Source of the DNA: Macrostomum hystrix
Lineage: Eukaryota > Animalia > Platyhelminthes
Assembly (NCBI GenBank): GCA_950097015.1
Contig: CATNEN010000038.1
Location: 13,082,001-13,146,000 of the forward strand
Direction of reading: 5' to 3'
Length of the DNA: 64,000 nucleotides
Shown here: one piece after another, positions 1 to 10,175 of the stretch
How the letters are laid out: every line of letters starts with the position of its first letter
Position numbering within the stretch: position 1 is the stretch's first letter
Translations under genes and position numbers: made by a program
Notes under the pieces: model-generated
Told to the model about the DNA's origin: nothing
What the model saw: only the letters and a program-made list of their open reading frames with translations
Databases searched by the model: none

Positions 1-184
1 GAGGCAAGGCCTAAGCAGCTTGCCTTAGATGCTTAGAATGTCGATTATCACCCAAACAGATTGGCAGTTCAGCTCTCATAGGAGATATCGGGATAGCTGC
101 ATGGCGGCTCATCTAGGGATTTCGCTTCGGGGCAAAAAGAAAGAAAAATTTGGAGCCGCATGGAAGAGAAGTGGCTACAGGCAC

Positions 185-219
185 CTGCTGCTGCTGCTGC
201 TGCTGCTGGTGTTGCTGCT
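185..219. repeat. (CTG)n trinucleotide microsatellite
   Basis: Run of ctg repeats with a few gtt/ggt interruptions. Confidence 0.9.
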
Positions 220-859
220 GTCTTAACAAAAACAAACAGTCGCGAGCGGACTGCGCACTGGCACTGCATTTCAAGTTGGTTGGCTGAGAAGTGTGAAATT
301 CAACGGCACAGCCCAATGTACGCATGGGCAGTCTCAATTTTCTGGAGGCCGAGCAGCAGCCAGTCACACTGCCGCAAATAAGGGGTAGTTTGCATCGGGC
401 TATGCTATTATAGCAATCCAATTTTCCGGTGCTGACTGCCTGCCCGTGTTAATTACAAACAAGGCATGCGTCGGGTTGGTATCAATACATGGTGTATTGT
501 GCGCATGCGGACGGACTGAAAATTCCATCAGTATCCCATTATTTTCCTAAGACTATTTTATCTTGTTCACTGATCAAGGGATAGATTAATGCGGCAGGTG
601 CGCCAGACTACTTAATTGAGTTAAGTAGAAACTGTGCGTATGGACTCTCCAGTTTTAAGTGCAAATAAGCGATCTTGAATTATCTGGGAATCTCGAATCG
701 AATGTAACCTAGAATTTAAACCATTTTTGCTAGAAAGTATTGCACAATGAACTCTATGCTGAAAGCTAATTAGAAGTTGACATAATAATAAACTAAGTAT
801 ATTTATAGGACAGATGTTATCCCTGACACGGCATTTGTGATAGTGGACCCGCATCCATG

Positions 860-995
860 GTAGGAATGGTTTCTGTAGGAATGGTTTCTGTAGGAATGGT
901 TTCTGTAGGAATGATTTCTGTAGGAATGGTTTCTGTAGGAATGGTTTCTGTAGGAATGGTTTCTGTAGGAACGGTTTCTGTAGGAATGGTTTCTG
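860..995. repeat. 15-bp tandem repeat (GTAGGAATGGTTTCT) x~9
   Basis: Directly visible; explains the periodic QKPFL/RNHSY/TETIP ORFs. Confidence 0.95.
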
Positions 996-3900
996 ACCAT
1001 TCAAGAGTCAGGTTTGACTCTAGGCAAATTTTATAGCAGTACTCTGAAGCTAACAAGTATGTGACTGGAGCCGCTGCGTTTAGTAATTATTTTTGTTTCT
1101 CGCCGTGGCAGTTTAAAAACTCACTTATCGGTGAAACGGCAGGCAAGTAGCAGAGCAGAAGCGGCAGCAGGAGTCCTTGAACGTAGATCATGGCCGCTGA
1201 ATGCAGCAAGGTTGAGATGAGACTACTCTACCAAGGCTTGAAAAACGAAAAGCAATAACTCTCAAAGGGCTCTTCTCTTGTATCCTGAGCTGGCAGAGAT
1301 GAAGACTGATGAGCTTATGTCTGACGCTGCCGCGACGGGTCGTTACCCATTCGATCTTTCTGTGTGAGTTGGTGAGATCTAGTACGCCTACTAGTTTTCT
1401 ATTTTGTTGCTGCTTTTCTAGCACTGCCTGTCGTAACTGGTGTGAGTCCAGCCCGATCCACCCCTCTATTTTATCTCGACAACGAGAAGCAACAGATGAA
1501 GAGAAAGAAAAAAGTGTGCCTTTCAGTCGCTGCCGTCTGAGCCTGCTTGTGATGGAGAGTGAGAGACAGGCCGGCGGCGAGGGCTCAAGGCGGTAGTTCT
1601 CGTTGAAGTTTGGAGTCTACGGTGCTTCTGGTGAGTGTGTGTGGATGAGTTTGTGTGTGAGGGAGCGGGCTCTGTTGCGTGCGGTATCTTATTGGATTCC
1701 CCTCTGGCTGCCAATACCCTTGGGGTGCAGGGGTTGGGCAGGACTGGAGTTGGAGAAACAAGAGAATTGGAAAGGGCGCCCGTGCCTGCTGACTGGGACA
1801 GCAAGCGGAGCGGGGGAGAGCTGGCGGAGACAGAGGTGGAGAGCTGCCCTTCACTCCCCAGGAATATTTCTTGCATTTTGCCGACAATTTGCCTACGATT
1901 TGCAAGTCTAGTGAATGAATTTTAAATCAATTTGGACAAGTCTCAAAGTAACACTAAAAAGCCGTAAAAAGAATGGCTTAAAAATCTGACAGAAATTATC
2001 AACGAAAAAATTGCCAATCTATTTATGAGTTTCCGTTATTTAGGGTCGATTTTTTTTCAACAGCAATTTGTAAAACAGGATGATAAAAAACTAACAAGTA
2101 TGTGCATTTTGTCTGCCCATTTAACCTTTATTAACAAATCACAGGCGTCGCGCTCATCCTCATTATATTTACAGTTTGAGCAGAATATTCTCAGACTGAT
2201 ATATACGATCTATTAGAGCTACGAGCGTATATTAGGGAAGAAGCATTCCATTCAACACATGAATTTTTGTGAAGACACCACTATCATTGTGCGCATGCAT
2301 ATATGGATATGTCCATGGTGAAGTAATTCGATGCCATGCAGAAACCCAATGCTTTTCGGTTTCGTCGCTTGTAAATTGTTTATACGCGCCATGCACTGAG
2401 TACTAAATTGAGTAGATCATTCCTTTAGACAACTCAGCAGACCAGACGATTGTTGAAAATTTTGGAATCGGATTAATCAAGGTAGGAAAGCTCAGAGTTG
2501 ATAGAAAATGGAACTCCAGTTTTGTGAGAGATATACAGGCCACAGTGCCTATAGAATGTGCACCACTGCGCTCCACTGTCAGTGCCACAGAGCTGTTGGA
2601 GACCGGCCACAGTTTTATATGACCACAATTGATGGCTACTGCTTTACTTCAACCGGTTCATCCATTATTCACAGCCGCCAGGCGCTGTCCTCCTGCGCAC
2701 GTCTGTCACACTGGTTTGCGCAGTATGAAGAAGCGAGGGAGTTACAGGAATGTGTATGCGAAACTCTGGCATTCACGGGCTCCAACAAGCGCTGCGGCGC
2801 TGCACCATATTGCCCATGCACTGAAACTTCTAAGCACTTGAGACAGTGGGGCAAGATGGAGCTGGGAATCAAGACACTTGCAGCTGCGCAGATCGCTGCT
2901 TCTTTGTTGCCGATTTGTTATACAATTTTCTAGCTTCCCTTGAGCACATCCAGAAGCAATTGGGCCTGCGCTCAAGGTGTGACACCTGTTAATCTATTAG
3001 CCCTTAAACAATTCACATGCGTCATTCATACCAAGCATGTCTGCTCTTTCTCTTCCCTCTGCACTATTTCTCGGGTTGCTCAGATCAATAAATTCAGCTC
3101 TGAAGTACTGTAGAGTTAAAATTGTTTAACTCTTTAGGTATTTTTCAATGCAGGGCGAGCAAATAACGTTTCACCGATGCACACATCTGGTATTTAGCGA
3201 TAGATCCTGGATGAAATAATTGGATTATCAATCCTGTTTATAAGAGTAGGAATTAGCAAGAGACGGAAACAAAAACACGGTCTGTAATACCTAGGCATGA
3301 TCCAATTTAAACAATATTGGTATTATTTCAAACTGTTTTCAAACTGTATTCTGACTGAGATCATGCAGAGTGATTCAGGATTAAGCAATTCACAAATTTG
3401 GGGGAGCATGCAGAATATCTTGGCAGCAAAGAAATATCAGAAAATTAAAATGCCAATGCATTTTCGTAACAGCTGTGAGCACTCCTGGTTTAAAATTTTA
3501 TGCCCTGCCAGTTGCCAATAAAATGGCAGTCAAAACGTTAGTGGGTTGATCAACAGTGGGAGCTCAGCTGAAGCACCTCAGTACTGTAGTAATACTTCGA
3601 CAATGCCGAATGCTTCTGCTCGGGTGATTTTCAAACAATGTGAGTATGAAACCTATCTCAATATGGCTTGACCCTCACCCTTGTAAAATTGACTGCTTTT
3701 TCGGGTTTTCTCTGAAGACATGAGCGCCGCCAACTCCAACTCCTTCGCCGCCGCTGCAGAATTTTAGCGTTTTTTGAAACCTCAAAGACTCACCATAAGA
3801 GAATTTGTAACGCGAGAAATACGAGTAGTAATAAATATTTTATAAAAAAATAACTTCCATATATACTTAAACCCAAGTCCAGGAATAGCAAATTCTCTTC

Positions 3901-5240
3901 AAGCTAATTGCTTGCACTGCCTTCACTTTTGTCACTTTAAAAAAATAAAAATAGTACGGACTTACATGATCCAAGCAGGGTCCAACACAACTCACATTTG
4001 CATCCATCACATGCCCGAATGGGTCCAGCGAAACGATAAATTATCACGAATTGAGACCTCTATAAGCAGGGCACTAGATTTTTCGTATTGAGGCACAATT
4101 ATTTCAATTCAATTCAACAAGTCCCACAACACAACAATAACAATACATGTACGCTTGGTGCTATAACAATAAACCTGGCAATGTAGGTAGTCTCGCAAAA
4201 GGACGCCAACCACAAATGAGTTAAAAAACTAAGAATCTTTAACAGTAGAAATACGGCTATACTTCTCCCCCTCGGTAGAGACCACCGGGTACTTAAAATG
4301 CCTGCTTCACGATAGCCCCCAAACCGAATTTCGCGAAAAATCCATCATATGGATGAAAATTTGAAAATATGATGGAAATATGAAAATTCATCATATGGAT
4401 GAAAATTTTCCTCCCAATCCGATACATCTAAGTCAGAATCGTCGAGATATTCAGCGAATTCTTGTCGAAGACTTTGGTGACAGGACAAGTAAAATTGCTC
4501 TGAATAAACCTCTATGGCAAATCTATACGGGTCTGGAGCATCGGCGGCGACCGTCGGGACCGTCAAGAGCAGTCAAAAGCAGCCGTCGTTGAAATGCCGA
4601 TCGGGTGCTTGTGTTGCATTGTGGGCATACTATGAAAATTGGAAAGAAAATTGTGCGTATTTGAAATTTTGGGTCAAACAAGGAGTGATTCATTTCATTT
4701 CTACTTGCAGTAGTTTGAAAGTATAAGCAGCATCATCATACAAAAGATAATTTTGCAACAGGCGCACTAAATTACACAAACTCTAGCATGCATAAATTCG
4801 AAGTACGTCCTCCAGAATGAGCATCCTTTATCATTTTTCGACTTCGATAAGGAATTTTAATACGAATACTCTCGTTAACTGACTTTATTGTCGTATGCAA
4901 ACAACCCAGCTGCTCAAATTATCTATCCTGGGTTATTGAAAATGTTTGCGGATTTGCTCCAGCATTTGAGCTCTGGGTCTGTACTTAAAATATTGAATAC
5001 AGTTTTACGAATTCGTATGATATGTAAAACAAGTATATATAAAACTCCAGTTGGAAGAAAAGGTTACAATTCTGGACCTAATTTCACATTCCTTGTGTGG
5101 TCAATGACAACAGCCTGGTGATTCCCATGATGTATTATGGCAGAGTTACGATTAGAATAAACATACAGATCTATCTCTTGAAGGCTGTGAAATCCTATGT
5201 AGTGTCACGGGTTACCATTAAGGTTGCAAGGGTTACTATA

Positions 5241-5320
5241 TGTTGCCATGGTGCCAAATAGGTGCCATGGGGTGTCATGAGGTGCCACAGGTTGTCATGA
5301 GGTGCTAAGGGGTGCCGGGG
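5241..5320. repeat. Degenerate ~10-bp tandem repeat (GGTGCCATGA-like)
   Basis: Repeated gtgcca/gtgtca units at ~10-bp spacing. Confidence 0.6.
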
Positions 5321-5409
5321 TCGCCAAAAAAACCGTGGTTGCGAAAGCCGTATTAATAAGAAAATCTGAGTTCAGCAACAGCTTCAAGCTAGTCAAATCT
5401 GTCTCTTCT

Positions 5410-6711
5410 TCATTCAGGTAGTCGATTGCCATAGACAGTGCTAGTGTGCGATGCTGGTAGTAGATGTAGCACAATCACAATACTGAGTACTGTGCAGGTC
5501 AGATAGAACTCGAACAGAAACTTGTCGATGACCTCGGCTATGAAGAGCCATTTAGCTCGCTCCATTCGGTTCAGATCAACTTCGTCGTCGCTCGTGACAG
5601 TGGTGGTGCCTTTTTCAGCGATTCTGTCAAAGCCTTCGGCAAAGGCAGCCTCCTTCCAGCGCAGCCTGGTGAAGGTGACGGGCCCCAAGAATCGCCGACT
5701 GATGCGCCAGAGCCAAAGCGGAACAGCCGGACATGGATCAGTGTCACCACGGCTTTGCACGTGCATCACAATGGTTGCCATGATCAGAGACAGAGAGTTC
5801 AGCGTCATCACGGTAGTCAGAAAGATGCCAATTATTGGCGTTGAGTTAGACTCTGGTGTGTTCTCAGCTATGAGAAGTTCTAGAAAATATAGAAATAAGA
5901 ACACGGTGAGACCAATCTCAATCTTCTCTGCAATGTGGCAGGGTAGCCAGAAGCTGAAGAGGGTTAAAATGCAGAGCATGATGCTTGGGGCAATCACAGT
6001 GTAGGAATAGTACAGAGCTTTTCGTTCAATGTGAATCCGTAGTCGAAGCATAGAAAACGTCAAGTTGTTGAGCGTATTTTGCAGCGAACGTTGCATCTGC
6101 AGTCCGGATACCTTGAGCTCAGAGTGTTCCTCCAAGTCGGCTTTGTCAACAGCGAGTCCTCTGCCGACTGGGGTCTGGAGGTCGATCTGTCTGATGTCGT
6201 AGGTCCACGAGGCAAAAACAATGTCGCAGAACTGATGATCGAATGGGAAATAGAGAACATCAACACTGCATGAGCTTTTGATTGTGGTTGGAATGCTCCA
6301 TAGCACGTGGCCTGTGTGGCTGACAGTAACCCTGCTGCTGTTGTCATGAATGAACCCGTCATTACCATCAGCGGCATTGTTGTACACGTAGATATCTGGC
6401 AGCCAGACCTGAGTGGCGGGCAGCACGAGCTCTGTAATGCCGGAGAAATTTCTGGGGCTCCAGGTAAGTCTCTCGTCGCGCCAGGATTCAATGACAACGA
6501 CATTCATGTGCAGTATTTGGTTCTTCTCATCCAGGTCCATCAAACGATTGAGTTTGACGCTGAAGGTGACATTCAGGACAGTGCTGGCTAGAAACACTGG
6601 TCGGGAGCTCTGCTCGTAGGCACTAGTCAAACTCAGGTAGAGATCGTCGTAACTGCTTGACCTCCCCACTGCCGCAGTTATGAGAAGAAAGGCAAAAACT
6701 GGCGACAGCAT
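5410..6711 (-). CDS. Intronless nicotinic acetylcholine receptor-like Cys-loop channel subunit, non-alpha type (433 aa)
   Basis: Signal peptide; SRPV, LDEKNQIL, WRDERLTW, WLPDIYVYNNA; Cys-loop CSVDVLYFPFDHQFC; FASWTYD; four TM helices (M2 EKIEIGLTVFLFL, M4 EVIDKFLF); no vicinal CC in loop C. Confidence 0.95.
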   Translation of the reverse strand: MLSPVFAFLLITAAVGRSSSYDDLYLSLTSAYEQSSRPVFLASTVLNVTFSVKLNRLMDLDEKNQILHMNVVVIESWRDERLTWSPRNFSGITELVLPATQVWLPDIYVYNNAADGNDGFIHDNSSRVTVSHTGHVLWSIPTTIKSSCSVDVLYFPFDHQFCDIVFASWTYDIRQIDLQTPVGRGLAVDKADLEEHSELKVSGLQMQRSLQNTLNNLTFSMLRLRIHIERKALYYSYTVIAPSIMLCILTLFSFWLPCHIAEKIEIGLTVFLFLYFLELLIAENTPESNSTPIIGIFLTTVMTLNSLSLIMATIVMHVQSRGDTDPCPAVPLWLWRISRRFLGPVTFTRLRWKEAAFAEGFDRIAEKGTTTVTSDDEVDLNRMERAKWLFIAEVIDKFLFEFYLTCTVLSIVIVLHLLPASHTSTVYGNRLPE

Positions 6712-7725
6712 TACTTTCTACGAATCCTACAGTTTTGTCTGTGCAGGAATTCTTCCACCAGAAGACCAAGCAACAGTTCTGGTCTATATTCTGGGCGTAG
6801 TGACCATAATCCGATTTATTCCAAATTGACACGAGAGAAGTCAAACAAGGGAGGGCTGCACCGTCATTGGCCTCGAGGAGTTTCGGAGAACAGAGTCAGC
6901 CAGACCGTGAGCGTGGGGAAGGAAGAAGCCCTTTCTACCCTCTAGCCTCTGTCCATTCTTCTCTCTCCCTGTGTCGTGAGCGGAATTAAAGACACGGACA
7001 ACTGATTTAGCAGTGCATTGCGGACTGGGACAGACTATTTGAGAGTAAGGGACCTGAACACGAGTCCTCAGAATGAAGTTTTAGTAGCGGGATACGAGTG
7101 GGCAGAAACTCTGCCCCAGCTGCACCGCAAAGTGATGAAGGGAGCCGGGGAAGAGAAAGTTTCGAACTCTCAGCAGGAATACATTAATGTACACGTTCAT
7201 GAGCTCATGCTCCCGACTGCCACTCTCTATGGAATTGAGTGGACTCTGGATATCATCGTGTCCTCGATATTCTCAATTTCATGAGTCTTCCCTAGTATGA
7301 AGCAAAAAAGTGAAAATAAATTTAGCTCGTATATTTTATAATATAGAGTCTGATATCCCAATGGATGTGTCCTAAGCCTGTAGTTCAGAATGAGTCCTCA
7401 GAAAAAGAACTCAGCGTCAGGAACAAAAGTGACTGAAAATCACTTGTCACCTGATACCCGGAACGCTGATGAGGAGCCGATGTTTCAGGTCTAATGTATT
7501 GTGATAACTGTACGTATGTCTGCTCGTCATTGGTTTAAGGAGCAAAGCCACAGTCTTAATGAAGTCGGTTGGAGACGGCTGTGGATGAGTTGTTTAAAAA
7601 ACTATCGTCAGTATAGCTCGATCAGCCGAATTGACAAATCGAGCCCTTTATAAAAGGTCTTATTGCAAAGTATGCTGGGTAAGCCTAGGGATTGATATCG
7701 GCTTGTGCATTTCGCCAAGGTGGGG

Positions 7726-9150
7726 CTTGACTTACTTGACTTAGCTGCAGGGGTCATCCTTCGAATGCAGCGGGGAGGCGTTGCCGCCCATTCCGCTAGC
7801 CCCTGGCGACCAGGGGCAACTAAAGCTGTGCGGTGTCGCGCAGGGGGATCCGGTGATGCCGGCGTCCACAGCACGGTCATTCTCCGGAGAGTCCAGGAGG
7901 TAGAGAGTCGCTCGCCCGGTGGCCCTAGGTAACGGACGAGCTGGCAGATGTCCTCAGGCCTGAAAACGTCGGAGAGATCCAGGTTTGGGCCGAGATAGGT
8001 AAGCCTGTCCTGAGTAAAGGCAGGGCAGTCGCAGATAAAATGCTCTGCATCCTCAACGTAGGATGGGTAGAAAGGGTACTCCTCACTGCAAGGGCCATGG
8101 TGACTGCCGTGATGTCCGTGCGGTTTAATCCAGGTAGGGCTTTGCGGAGAGCAGTGGATGGACAAGGAACAGCAGCGCGAGACTGTCGACAATCGGCGGC
8201 GTTGATCCACCTGTCCTTGTGCTTAGAGGCCACCCACTGGTTAATCCAAGTGGTGACGACGGCGATAGGGGTGGAGACCGCAGGCAGGGGGCCAAAAAGC
8301 GAACCCGTCTAATCGGCCTTGGCGAGGCTGTGGGCCAATTCGTCACAGGGGTGGCCAGAGTGCCCTGGAATCCACATTAGGGACACCTTGTCATGGGTCC
8401 GTAGACATTTTGATTGATCAGTTCCGGGACGCAGGAGCTGATGGCGAGTTTATGCCAGTGTGCTGTGCTACGCTAGAGCGGCAGCTGGACTCGGCGCACT
8501 CGGGGCTGCTCCGTGCGGCCTTTCAAGCCTACGAGAGCGTCGGGACCGAGGCTCTGTACGAGAGAGCCCAGCTGCAACGCCCGTCCACCATCCTGCGCCA
8601 GCGGCGACTTCGGCTAGCGGGCCACGTAATTCGGGCCGAGAGCTACTGCCGCCAGCCTGCCCAGGACGTCCTGCTGCTCACCCTGCAGGGCCCGTTCAGG
8701 CGCGGCCAGGCTCGGACCCGCCGCTATGTCGACTGCTTGCTGAGCGACGCCTGGGCGCCCGACACTGCCACCGGCGCGGACCATGCTCGCGCGCTGGCTC
8801 TGCGGCGCGCCATCTGACGCTGCCTCCCTGACTTTTGGGGCTAGCGTCTCTTGTTGTTGTTGTTGTTGTTGTTGCTGGGAGAAGGTTGCCACAGTTCTCC
8901 CTCCTGGCATAATGCAGTAGCCGAAACCAGATACAGAGTTGATTTGCGAATCGTCGGTGAAGCAGTGTATTTCACGGGGTTGGCCGTGGTCACGCACTTC
9001 CTGGCAAAGCGGAATGCTGGTTTTGAATTTGAGAGGTGGGCACAGCGTCGACGGAATACCGTCTGAGAGAATTTTGAGGCCCTCTGCTGTGTCCAGGTCC
9101 CGTAGGCTAAAGTCGCCGTGGGGCCTGAGGTTCCGCTTGCTGAAGGCAAT
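7726..9150 (-). mobile_element. Decayed 3' part of an RNase H-bearing non-LTR retrotransposon (LOA/I-group-like), interrupted by a nested insertion
   Basis: RNase H motifs EIHCFTDDS (~8970) and MWIPGHSG (~8370); C-terminal Cys/His motif [13 protein letters not shown]; structured 3' UTR ending in an AAGTCAAGT tandem tail at ~7726-7744. Confidence 0.8.
8466..8872 (+). mobile_element. 5'-truncated RTE-like non-LTR retrotransposon with (TTG)n tail
   Basis: ORF C-terminus QRRLRLAGHVIRA...RRGQARTRRYVD stopping at 8817; (TTG)n tail 8851-8872; TGCTG duplicated at 8461-8465 and 8873-8877. Confidence 0.8.
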
Positions 9151-9591
9151 CGTAGTGTAACAATAGTCTAACAATAGTAGTGTAAATCCACCAGAGACGG
9201 CGGGGGGCCAAGGTGAGGCTTTCAGTTTCACTTTCACTGCAGGCACTAACAGCAATGCACTTCAATTTCACCTGGCGGCGATGGGGATGCAAGTGTGGAC
9301 CCGATTAGTAATTGAGGTTATCCCCCCTCCCCGCGGGCAAAATTGAAGTTATTTAGTTTGAAATAGAAGTTGAAAACCAATAGTCGTAGTACAGCTCATG
9401 TACAGCGCACTACAGTTCCAGTCACATTGCGGTGCACTAAAGAGGGTAAAAACACAACATAAAGGACTAGAGAATTTCAAGAAGATGCTGTCCAGTTAGG
9501 CATAACAGTGATCTCAAAACTGGAGCTAGAATGGCTATGTTGCAGTCAATTCAGTCTATGCAGACTAAGCATGGCTATGTACTTGTAGCTG

Positions 9592-9922
9592 AGGGGGGTC
9601 GGTGGCAGAGCGGTTAATGCGTTTGCCTCTCGCACCACGGTCCTTAAGTTCGATTCCACGGCGAGGCCACAGTTGGGGCGCAGCCACAGAGAGAAGGCAT
9701 TGGGGGCTTGTTGTGCAATTTACGCCCTGTAAATGTACACTGCCTGACGATGAGAAAGTCAGGGCAGATGTACACACCTGTGTGAGCGTGTGCATGCGTA
9801 CATCTGTGTGCGTGTGTGCTCAGGAGTCAGCGAAATGGGCAGAATTGTCTCCACGCTGGCTGCGGGTCTAGTGTCACTAAATGATGCGCCATTGCCCGCA
9901 GCCCTCCTGCAATTACTATTTT
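9592..9922 (+). mobile_element. tRNA-derived SINE, copy A
   Basis: A box TGGCAGAGCGG, B box AGTTCGATTCC, body shared with three other copies; 16-bp TSD TATGTACTTGTAGCTG (9576-9591, 9923-9938). Confidence 0.9.
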
Positions 9923-10175
9923 TATGTACTTGTAGCTGCAGCCCACGGATAACTAGCTTACCCATCAAGTAGTCATGAAAGGATTCGCCAATTTGTACCC
10001 CCAGCCAATGAATGCCGACTTGAATGATGAATGATTTGATTGGTTGCAGCTTTGGAGGATGAATTATAAATGCTAAATATTCATGCACAAGATATATTAC
10101 ACGACAATAATTTATAAACAGAGTAACCAGCATAAATTTTGCAAGGCCCTGTGCGTGCAAAGCAAGTAAGCCCAG

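Noticed and set aside
621-1056. Periodic ORFs (QKPFL, RNHSY, TETIP repeats)
   Set aside because: Translation artefacts of the 15-bp tandem repeat.
2500-5120. Weak ankyrin-like or coding-like fragments (e.g. IVEVLLQY, HPLFTAARR, ORF 4345-4566)
   Set aside because: Interrupted by stops, no consistent exon chain and no motif I can support without a profile search.
9592-9670. Functional tRNA gene
   Set aside because: Acceptor and T stems do not pair properly; it is a SINE head flanked by TSDs.
9744-9875. Hammerhead ribozyme core (CTGACGA...GAAA...GTC) in the SINE
   Set aside because: Stem II closing pair and stem III cannot be formed.
9829-9900. HDV-like ribozyme in the SINE: the consensus GCCTCCTCGCTGGC matches HDV P3-L3-P3 and GCGAAATGGG resembles J4/2-P2
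   Set aside because: The element order is wrong and no P1.1 GG follows the putative P1. The same bases are better explained by the covarying stem-loop shared with the LINE 3' end. A cleavage assay would settle it.
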